Positions 38,862 through 48,200 of a stretch of 64,000 nucleotides of DNA are shown piece after piece. This stretch comes from a bacterium (lineage in GTDB: Bacteria > Zhuqueibacterota > Zhuqueibacteria > Residuimicrobiales > Krinioviventaceae). The notes beneath the pieces are model-generated. The model made no database searches. It was given only the letters and a program-made list of their open reading frames with translations, and had not been told where the DNA came from. The position numbers were made by a program, and so were the translations under genes. The stretch covers positions 1,888,001-1,952,000 of the forward strand of contig CAXXMD010000002.1 of the NCBI GenBank assembly GCA_963675755.2, read 5' to 3'. Within the stretch, counting starts at the first letter, position 1. Every line of letters starts with the position of its first letter.

Positions 38862-39907
38862 ATCTTACTCATCCTACGAATCATAATTCAGACATTTTTT
38901 TGATCGCCGGGTACATTTGTGCCCGGCGGAATTATAGGGCAGGACTTGAGTCCTGCATAAAAATTTAGATAAATATATCACAATGTAATATCATATCACT
39001 TTTTCTGTCTGAATTAGGATGCATAGAATTTAAGGATGAACAGGATTGGGAAATATCCGTTTTTTTTAATCCTATAATCATACTCATCCTAATAATCTTA
39101 ATTCAGACGACTGTTACCGGCCGGCCCTTCGATACTCTCGTGAGCTTGACGCTCACTCGAACTCAGGGTCCGGTTTTCTATCCTAGAATCTTACTCATCC
39201 TACGAATCATAAATCAGACATTTTTTTGTTCGCCGGGTACATTTGTGCCCGGCGGAATTATAGGGCAGGACTTGAGTCCTGCATAAAAATTTAGATAAAT
39301 ATATCACAATGTAATATCATATCACTTTTTCTGTCTGAATTAGGATGCATAGAATTTAAGGATGAACAGGATTGGGAAATATCCGTTTTTTTTAATCCTA
39401 TAATCATATTCATCCTAAAAATCTTAATTCAGACGACTGTTACCGGACGGCCCTTCGATACTCTCTCCGCCAGCCGGCGGATCGAACTCGGCCCGGTTTT
39501 CTATCCTAGAATCTTATTCATCCTATGAATCATAATTCAAACTTTTTTTTGATCGCCGGGTACATTTGTGCCCGGCGGAATTATAGGGCATAACTTGAGT
39601 CCTGCATAAAAATTAAAATAAATATATCACAATGTAATATCATATCATTTTTTCTGTCTGAATTAGGATGCATAGGATTAAAAGATTAACAGGATTAGGA
39701 AATATCCGTTTTTATAATCCTATAATCATATTCATCCCAATAATTTTAATTCAGAAGACTGTTACCGGACGGCCCTTCGATACTCTCTCCGCCAGCCGGC
39801 GGATCGAACTCAGGGTCCGGTTTTCTATCCAATAATCTTATTCATCCTATGAATCATAAATCAGACATTTTTTTGTTCGCCGGGTACATTTGTGCCCGGC
39901 GGAATTT
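38862..39907. repeat. Tandem array of ~324-bp composite units (3 full plus a partial fourth), BIME-like
   Basis: CGCCGGGTACATTTGTGCCCGGCG recurs at 38905, 39231, 39554 and 39878 (periods 326, 323, 324); units are near-identical. Confidence 0.92.
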
Positions 39908-39961
39908 TTATGACTGAAAGCGTTAACTTTTCAACAAAGGGGCGAGCTACCATTTTTTGCA

Positions 39962-40570
39962 TTATATTGATAAATTTTGGGGAATTCTTTCTAAAATTCT
40001 TTTTCGTTTGCTGTCATTAATCTTTTTAACAAATCCATAGTTTATCCAACGAACATTCTTAATTCCAAGTTTTTTAAATGTTCCATTTACAAGTGCATTG
40101 TAAACACAATTTTTATATTTGAGAGAATACAAAAAATGTGGAGTGTTCATCGTAGTAATTACTGTTACTTTATTCAAAGTATTAGAAATTGCTTTCATTG
40201 AAAATTCACTTTTATATGTATAAAATAATTCTGGAAAAATAACTTTATCAATAAATCCTTTCATCTGTGCTGGCATCAATTCCCACCAGATTGGGAAAAC
40301 CAGAATCAAATGGTCACATCCATTGATCTTTTCTGCAAATTGAACAGAGAGTGGATCCAAATTTTCAATTTTTATTCCGCGTGGAGTTCTTGCCTGCGAA
40401 AATTCAAATAACTCCTTTGCTGTCATTACTGGATTAAATTGAATTTGAGCCAAATCAATGTGCTCTACTGTATGACCTTTATTCTCAAGTAACACCTCTT
40501 TTATTCGCTTGACGATTGCCGCATTGAAGGACTTTTCATAAGGGTGGTAGCTTATTAATACATGTTTCAT
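39962..40570 (-). CDS. NAD(P)H-dependent oxidoreductase, flavodoxin-like fold (Flavodoxin_2)
   Basis: HP...SFN.AI, IDL....FNPV, FPIWW..MPA.MKGFIDKV and ITTM.TP motifs. Confidence 0.9.
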   Translation of the reverse strand: MKHVLISYHPYEKSFNAAIVKRIKEVLLENKGHTVEHIDLAQIQFNPVMTAKELFEFSQARTPRGIKIENLDPLSVQFAEKINGCDHLILVFPIWWELMPAQMKGFIDKVIFPELFYTYKSEFSMKAISNTLNKVTVITTMNTPHFLYSLKYKNCVYNALVNGTFKKLGIKNVRWINYGFVKKINDSKRKRILERIPQNLSI

Positions 40571-40664
40571 ACGAACTCCTATGCTAATTCAACAGAATTA
40601 AATTTATGATGATGAATTTAAGCACACAGGGTATCTTTTCCATTAACAATTGTTAATTAAGGTA

Positions 40665-41204
40665 TTATTTTGATCGCAATCGACTAAGACTCTCTGGTTT
40701 AATACCAATATATGAAGCTATGTATTTTTGCTTTACACGTTGAATAATATCTGGTCTTGTTTTTACCAATTCGGCGTATCTATCTTTTGCGTTCAATGAC
40801 AATAAAGTCTGCAACCTCATAATATAATCAGACAAACGTTGTTCTAAGCCTTTCATGTACTGATCTTTTAAATCAGGGGATTTAGAATATAATTTTTGTA
40901 AATTGTCTTTGGGAATAACATAAAGCTCACTTTTTTCAATTGTTTCCAGCCAATATGTAGATGGTTTATTATTTAGAAATGATGAAAATGAAGAAACAAA
41001 AGAATTTTCTAAAAAAAATTCAAGGGTAACTTGATCAATATCAGTATAAAAATAAAGTCTAATACCTCCTGTAAGAACAAAATAGGTGGACTTGGCCACA
41101 TTACCTTCTTGTAAAAGAACACACCCTTCGTCTACAGAAATCATTTCTCCAAATTCTTGAACCACACTTTTGTTTATTTCCGGAATAATCATCTGGTTAT
41201 TCAC
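40665..41204 (-). CDS. Crp/Fnr-family cNMP-binding regulator
   Basis: LLQEG.V....YFV..G..R, PS...LETIE and RY..L....P.I.QRV...YIASYIGI.PESLSR.R motifs; GTG start after GAG. Confidence 0.9.
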   Translation of the reverse strand: MNNQMIIPEINKSVVQEFGEMISVDEGCVLLQEGNVAKSTYFVLTGGIRLYFYTDIDQVTLEFFLENSFVSSFSSFLNNKPSTYWLETIEKSELYVIPKDNLQKLYSKSPDLKDQYMKGLEQRLSDYIMRLQTLLSLNAKDRYAELVKTRPDIIQRVKQKYIASYIGIKPESLSRLRSK

Positions 41205-41572
41205 CTCAATTCCTGCTCGTAAAAAAAAATTAAAATCATTAACATTTAAAAATAAGAGATACGTTTTTAAGGAACAATACTTTTTACTAATTGTTGTTTA
41301 TTTTCCAAATTAATTTCAAATTACAATCTCTTATTAGGAAAGGCAATGACAATAATAATCCTTGTTCATTAAATAATACAATATCATTTAATAATAAACA
41401 ATTGTCATCCCCCCAAATGTGTTATGTAAATCATTGCCTTCTTTTCGTCTGATTGTGAATCGAGATAAGTAATTATGATGTATTGGATTGAAGAATATCT
41501 GCTTTTTAAATCCAATAATCTTACTCATCCTAATAATCTTAATTCAGACTATTATGCCCGTCTGCGTTTTAC

Positions 41573-41607
41573 CTGATTACTGACAACTGATTACTGATTA
41601 CTGATTA
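41573..41607. repeat. Heptamer tandem repeat (CTGATTA-type x5)
   Basis: CTGATTA CTGACAA CTGATTA CTGATTA CTGATTA. Confidence 0.75.
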
Positions 41608-41686
41608 CTATAAAATAATTATTTCCAATTCACACCCAAAATCACTAAATTACCAAATAAAAACAAATAAAATACGAGAGAAAACC

Positions 41687-42682
41687 ATGCCCACCCTTTT
41701 GATACAGATTGCGCCGCAACGCAGCACCCAATATTCCGAACTGGCAAGCCAGCTTGCACCCATCGAGATCCAGCTTTCTCCCCTGGGCAAACAGATTACA
41801 TCCATTGAACCCGTTGAACTGGGGGGACAATCTTTTCACAAATGTCAGATCGACACCGAACCGGACGAAAATCTTTTACAAGAGCTGGGCAGACTGGCAA
41901 TGAGCAATGCCAGCTTTACCTATTATGATCAAATTGGTGATCAGCAGGGGCCATTTTTACGTCCCCTTGACACCCAATACCCAACTTTTTTCCCAAAAGA
42001 CCTGATCACAACCCGTCGCTACCAGGGCAAGACCAACGAGCTCTTTACCCAATTCATGTGCAACATTGCCCGATACAGCAGCGATTTCGCAAACAAACCC
42101 TGGACCGATCTGCGCTTATTTGATCCCCTTGCGGGTGGTGGTACTACACTGTTTGTAGGAATGGTTTACGGAGCCGAGACCGCCGGTGTGGAGCAAAATA
42201 AAAAAAGCGCGCAAACCACTTCGGTTTTTATAAAACAATATATGAAACAACAAAATATCCGCTGTATACTCAAAGAAGAACGCCTGAAAAAGATCAATGC
42301 CTACCGGTGGATATATTCCTTTGGCAGAGATCAGTCAATCCGGTGTTTCCTGGGTAAAGGCGAGATCGACCAATCCGTTCAACTGATATCAGGATTTAAA
42401 AAACCGCACATGATCGTTGCGGACCTTCCCTACGGTATCCAACACAAGGGCGCATTAAACGATCTGCTCTCGGAAGCCCTTCCTATATGGAACAACCTGC
42501 TGCTTCCGGGCGGAACACTGGTTTATTCCTGGGATTCAACCCGGTTTACCCGCGAAAAGATGGTCGATCTGGTTAAAAATGTATCGCCATTCCAGGTGCT
42601 GGAAGGCGGCCTCTACGATAACATGGGCCACCGCGTGGACCGTGTAATCAAAAACCGGGATGTAATTGTAGCGCGAGCTTAA
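41687..42682 (+). CDS. Putative TRM11-like SAM-dependent amino-methyltransferase
   Basis: RYQGKTNE.FT, FDPLAGGGTT (motif I), ADLPYG (DPPY-like motif IV) and L.PGG. Confidence 0.7.
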   Translation: MPTLLIQIAPQRSTQYSELASQLAPIEIQLSPLGKQITSIEPVELGGQSFHKCQIDTEPDENLLQELGRLAMSNASFTYYDQIGDQQGPFLRPLDTQYPTFFPKDLITTRRYQGKTNELFTQFMCNIARYSSDFANKPWTDLRLFDPLAGGGTTLFVGMVYGAETAGVEQNKKSAQTTSVFIKQYMKQQNIRCILKEERLKKINAYRWIYSFGRDQSIRCFLGKGEIDQSVQLISGFKKPHMIVADLPYGIQHKGALNDLLSEALPIWNNLLLPGGTLVYSWDSTRFTREKMVDLVKNVSPFQVLEGGLYDNMGHRVDRVIKNRDVIVARA

Positions 42683-42851
42683 GATATCAAGCTCGTCATA
42701 ATCCTCAAAAAATTCTGTCTTCGAAACAAATTTTGATCACCTTTTGTATCCTGTCGGCAAATTAAATACTGTTGCTTTTTGTATTTTATTTTTGTTATTT
42801 TGATTATAGCCTGCATTTTTTCTATTCTTTTACAATTTCAAGGAGAGAGCC

Positions 42852-44477
42852 ATGAAGAATAAAGTTCAGATCTTTGTATTGTTTACTATTCTTACCGGAA
42901 TTCTGTTTTTATCCTGCCAACCCAAAGCACCAATAGCTGAAGGTTGGGACCTCGTCCCTCAGATTCTCGCTCGCATTATTCCCCCTCAATTTCCTGATCG
43001 TGATTTTAATATAACGGATTACGGTGCCGTTGGTGACAGCACAACGTTATGCACGGAAGCTATTCAAAAAGCGATTGATGAATGTAACAGCCAGGGTGGC
43101 GGTCGGGTTGTAGTACCAGCCGGCAAGTTTTTGACAGGTGCAATTCGCCTAAAGAGTAATGTTAATCTGTATGTGGACAAGGAAGCAACTTTATTGTTCA
43201 GCACCAAACTAAAAGATTATTTACCTCTGGTTCATTCAAGGTACGAAGGTTCTGAATTGATGAATATATCCGCTTTAATTTATGCCGATGAACAGGAAAA
43301 CATTGCCTTAACCGGTGAAGGCATTCTGGATGGTCAGGCGAGCCGGGAGACCTGGTGGGGCCTGGGTCGTCTTGGCAGACCGGTGCAGGTTCCTGGCAGA
43401 CCGGCAAGGAATTGGCCGGCTGTTGATGAAACAATACTGGAAGGTATGCCGCCCGTAAATCCTGAACGGGCCGATTTGCGTGGAATGAATGAAAAACAAA
43501 TCCCTGTTGAAGAACGGATTTTTGGTCAGGGTCACTATCTCAGGGTAAATTTTGTTCAGCCGTTTAAATGTAAAAATGTTCTGATTGAGGGAGTAACAAT
43601 CAAGCGCTCACCCATGTGGGAATTGCATCCCCTGCTTTGTACCAACGTTACGGTTAGAAATGTAAAAACCATAACACATGGACCCAACAACGACGGCTGT
43701 GATCCTGAATCCTGCAAAGATGTGCTCATCGAAGGTTGTGTCTTTGATACGGGTGATGATTGTATTGCGATCAAATCCGGAAGAAATGATGATGGCCGTC
43801 GAATTGGCGTGCCTTGCGAAAATCTGATCATTCGCAATTGTATCATGAAAGACGGACATGCAGGTGTTGCAATTGGAAGTGAAATTTCGGGCGATTGTCG
43901 TAATGTTTTCGTTGAAGACTGTATAATGGACAGCCCCAATTTGGAAAGGGCCCTCAGAATAAAATCAAACTCTTTGCGTGGTGGAATTGTTGAAAACATA
44001 TATTTCCGAAATGTCAAGGTTGGAGAGGTTGCGGATGCCGTTGTACGTGTTTATTTTTATTATATGGAAGGCGATGCCGGAACCCATAAACCCATGGTCC
44101 GCAATGTTCACGTTGAAAACGTTACCAGTGAGAAAAGCCGATATGGTTTGCTGCTCAAAGGGTATTCGTACTCGCCTGTTACGGATATATATTTAAAAGA
44201 TTGTCAATTTAACAATTGTCGAGATGACAATAATGTTTTAAATGTGGAAAACATCCATCTTGAAAATGTTACGATTAATGGAAAAATGTACAACGAAACC
44301 CTTGATCACAAAGTCCCGGAAAACGTAGAATCCGCCGCAAAGGCAGAACTGGGTGAACGTGTTATATCTGATGTAAATGAAATTGAACTGGATGGTAAAA
44401 AGATTTACGAATTTGTCACACGCCAACGGTTTGAACGCGACACCATCAAGGTTGCACTCGACGGCTCGATTTTATAA
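42852..44477 (+). CDS. Glycoside hydrolase family 28 (polygalacturonase-like) lipoprotein
   Basis: Lipobox FLSC; GGGRVVVPAG.FLTGAI.LKSNVNL, NNDG.D, GDDCIAIKSG, GH.G..IGSE and RIKS catalytic motifs. Confidence 0.93.
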   Translation: MKNKVQIFVLFTILTGILFLSCQPKAPIAEGWDLVPQILARIIPPQFPDRDFNITDYGAVGDSTTLCTEAIQKAIDECNSQGGGRVVVPAGKFLTGAIRLKSNVNLYVDKEATLLFSTKLKDYLPLVHSRYEGSELMNISALIYADEQENIALTGEGILDGQASRETWWGLGRLGRPVQVPGRPARNWPAVDETILEGMPPVNPERADLRGMNEKQIPVEERIFGQGHYLRVNFVQPFKCKNVLIEGVTIKRSPMWELHPLLCTNVTVRNVKTITHGPNNDGCDPESCKDVLIEGCVFDTGDDCIAIKSGRNDDGRRIGVPCENLIIRNCIMKDGHAGVAIGSEISGDCRNVFVEDCIMDSPNLERALRIKSNSLRGGIVENIYFRNVKVGEVADAVVRVYFYYMEGDAGTHKPMVRNVHVENVTSEKSRYGLLLKGYSYSPVTDIYLKDCQFNNCRDDNNVLNVENIHLENVTINGKMYNETLDHKVPENVESAAKAELGERVISDVNEIELDGKKIYEFVTRQRFERDTIKVALDGSIL

Positions 44478-44578
44478 TAGCCTATGGCTAATAACTAATA
44501 GCTATTAGCTTACACTTGACATTAGTCGTCTAACATTTCACTGGATTATAAACAACTATAATCGAAAATCAAGAGTCA

Positions 44579-44609
44579 ACCTCCTAAAGGCTTGGGGCCT
44601 TTGGGAGGT
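44579..44609. repeat. Hairpin related to 13005-13037
   Basis: ACCTCCTAAAGGC-TTGGG-GCCTTTGGGAGGT. Confidence 0.55.
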
Positions 44610-44694
44610 CTTGATAAACATTTTTTAGTCAGGGGTATCTGATTGAATTCATATTCACAAAACATATAAAATTAAAAAACGAATATTTTTAACC

Positions 44695-45109
44695 AATCAT
44701 AGTAATCCCATAATCCTTTTAATCTGGGTGTAATCCTGTTAATGTGGGTTCATCTTTTAATCTTTGCAATCTGGATTTAATTCTTTAAATCTGGATAATC
44801 CTATAATCCTTTTAATCTAGGTTCAATCCTGGTAATCTGGGTGTAATTCTGTTAATGTGGGTTCATCTTTTAATCTTTGCAATCTGGATTCAATTCTTTA
44901 AATCTGGGTAATCCTATAATCCTTTTAATCTAGGTTCAATCCTGGTAATCTGGGTGTAATCCTGTTAATGTGGGTTCATCTTTTAATCTTTGCAATCTGG
45001 ATTCAATTCTTTAAATCTGGGTAATCCTATAATCCTTTTAATCGAGGTTCAATCCTGGTAATCTGGGTTCAATCCTGGTAATCCGGGTCTATCTTTTTTA
45101 ATCCGGATT
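44695..45109. repeat. AATC-based 8-11-mer satellite with a 113-bp higher-order period (~3.5 units)
   Basis: AATGTGGGTTCATCTTTTAATCTTTGCAATCTGGATT recurs at 44741, 44854 and 44967; a shorter version is at ~59010-59110. Confidence 0.9.
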
Positions 45110-45111
45110 AT

Positions 45112-45245
45112 GATTTTCTATTGCTTTTTTCCAAAAAAATAACTTAATTACAATTGGAAGTACAGGGGCGGGCCAAAAGAGAAACCTTTCTATTTTTTAA
45201 CCAACATTTTCTGAATCCAAAAAATAAAGTATTGGGGAAAAAACC
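45112..45245 (+). promoter_or_regulatory. Leader/promoter of the paralogue array, copy A
   Basis: TTTCTATTGCTTTTTTCC..AAAAATAACTTAATTACAATTGGAAGTACAGGGGCGGGCCAAAAGAGAA is duplicated at 59114-59242. Confidence 0.65.
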
Positions 45246-48200
45246 GTGAATACAATTAAATACGTATGCCTGTACATTTTTACATTTATTTCAGTAACTC
45301 TATCTCAAGACCTTCAAGTTCAATGGGTCAAAAATTTTGATTATGCTTACAGCATTGATTTTGCACATGATGGAGGATTTATTTTTCTGGCACGTGATGA
45401 AATATTCAAGATTGATGATCAAGGCACTGTTAAAGATGTTTGGCCGCTGGATTCAGAACATGAAAACCGACATTTTTATAATCTCCAAAAGTGCAATGAA
45501 GGGTATATAACAATTGGTACTGATGTGATTGAAAGCGGATATCTAGAACGCGTATTGTTAAAAAAAATTGACAATCAGGGCCGGCTGGTATGGGAAAGAT
45601 CAGATTACTCTTTCGGTGAAGATAGTGGTATATTAGCCAAACAAACACGTGACAATGGATACATACTTTATTACACTCACTGGAATCCGGCTGACCCACC
45701 GGCAAGCGGCCCCGATGACGATTTGATAATGAAAACGAACCCAAATGGAGAAGAAGAGTGGGATTATGAAGTTAGCTCTTCTGAAGGCGGCATCAATGCA
45801 TTACATCAAACAGCAGATAATGGTTATTTAGTAGCCTTTAACCAGGTTGGCGATTATGATGGTTTGTATGGTAGATTGCTCCGGTTAACCGCTGATGGTC
45901 AGGAACTCTGGGTAACAAAATATAAAGAGTATTTACAATACGCTTTACCAGTAGATAATGGTGGTTTCCTTATATGCGGTAACAATTATTCAAAGGACAA
46001 CCCTGTACGTGACACTGCTTACTTTAAAAAGGTAGATGAAAATGGAGATGAAATCTGGAAAAAGACCTTTCAATGTAAAATGTTAAATGCCAATTTAAAC
46101 AACATAACAAAATTGGACGACAATAGCTATCTGATATATGGATATATATATGATTCTTATTCGCAAACAAAAGGTTGGTTAATCAAAACGGATAATTTAG
46201 GCAATAAAATCTGGGAAAAGACATTTACAGAAATTGATAACATAAAACAAATTTTAAAAATATCTAACAATGAATTTCTTTTATTGGGTAAAAAAGATGA
46301 CTATAAAACGTTAATAAAACTACAAGAAAACACCCAGCAAGATCCCTCAAATTTTGCATTGTTAGACCCTTCGTTTTATAAATTGGGTATTGGTAAGCAG
46401 CTTGTTCTGGATTGGACCAGTATTGCCAATGCTTCATCATACCTCGTTGAAATAGCTGAAAACATTGAAATGTCAAATCCTTTCATTTCAAAAACGATTA
46501 CAAACAGTTCTTGTATCATCGATAGTTTGTCATATTCCACACAATATTATTGGAGGGTTAAAGCCCAATTCCCGGATGGCTCCGGTAAATGGTCTGGTAT
46601 CAGCACATTTACAACAATGATCCCTCCACACATAGAGTTTACTGGAACTGATAGGAATATCCTGTCATATGTAGATGTGGGCGATCAATATTACACGGAC
46701 AGAGATTATACTATAATAGAACTGCCTGATCCATTAAAAAATTGCCTGTGGATCAAAACACAAAATAGCGACAAATATTTAACTGATGATAATTATATTC
46801 AATTCCAGTTAACCAGAGATGCAACTGTCTATATTGCCTATGATAACCGGGCCAGCTCTGTTCCCTATTGGTTATCATCAAATTTTGAACAAACCGGGTA
46901 CACCATTCAGTGCTCTGATGAAGAAAGCAATTTTAATGTATGGAAGGGCCATTTTTCTACTGGTGATGTAACATTGGGAGCAAATTCAGCAAGCGGTGCA
47001 GAAGGTGTACTAACAAATTATGTTGTATTAATAGATATACCCATCCAGATGCTCGATCCCAGGGACAACAAATCAGGGGTTGGAAATAATTTGTACTTTA
47101 GCTGGGAACCATTGGGCAATTTCGGGGCCCATGATTTGCAAATCAGCAATACGCCAAACATGTCATCGCCCTTGTATAACATTACGAATATTGGGAATTC
47201 CAGGTATCTATTTGAAGGATTAGAGTACAATAATGACTATTATTGGAGAGTCAAAGCCCACAATCGTAACGATGAGAATGCATGGTGCCAGATACAAAAA
47301 TTTCATACAATGGATTACCCTAAAGTTAGTATTCATAGTTGGGATGATTATGTATTAACCTGGATTGAAGAAAATGATCAATACTATATTGACCGAAATG
47401 ATGTGGTTCTTTCCATCCCGGATCAGTTGAAAAATTTATTATGGATTAAAACCTCAAATAATAAAGAATATAATATTTTTGAAATTTACCTGAGGAATAA
47501 AGCAACTATCTATGTTGGATTTGATTCAAGGGCCACATCCCTGCCCAATTGGGTAACAGATAATTTTAGTAATACCGGTTTGAACATAAAAGTTTCGGAT
47601 GAAGCAAATGAATTAAATATATGGTCCAGAAATGTTGAAAAGGGCTATACCTACCTCCTGGCAAATATGGCCGAAGGTGCTGAAAATATCAAAAGCCATT
47701 ATATCGTTTTAATAGATACCAACCAGGTCCCTGCACTATCCGCTCATTTTGGTTCAGATGTAACCTCAGGAGTACTCCCATTGACTGTTAATTTCGCAGA
47801 CAGTTCTAAGGGTTTTATAACATCATGGTTATGGGATTTTGGCGACGGAATAACCTCTACTGAAAAAAATCCCACCTACACCTATGAAAACGTGGGCAGC
47901 TATTCAGTCAGCCTGACTGTAAGTAATTATGACAGTTCTAATACCATAACAAAAGAAAATTATATTACAGTTAAAAACATGATTGCTAATTTCAGTGCGG
48001 ATGTAACCATGGGACAAGCACCGCTTACCGTTAGTTTTACCGACAGTTCACTGGGCGAAATTGACGCATGGTTGTGGAAATTTGGAGACGGACTCACAAG
48101 CACATCACAAAATCCTACACACGTGTACACAAATGGCGACTCGTTCACCGTATCACTTTTTGTGCGCGGACCAGGTGGATCAAATACAATGGTCAAATCG

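Noticed and set aside
38862-39907. Possible CRISPR array with CGCCGGGTACATTTGTGCCCGGCG repeats
   Set aside because: Period is ~324 bp and the intervening sequences are near-identical rather than unique spacers.
41687-42682. Restriction-modification DNA methyltransferase
   Set aside because: No adjacent nuclease or specificity gene; motif layout fits a TRM11-like RNA/orphan methylase better, though the substrate is unproven.
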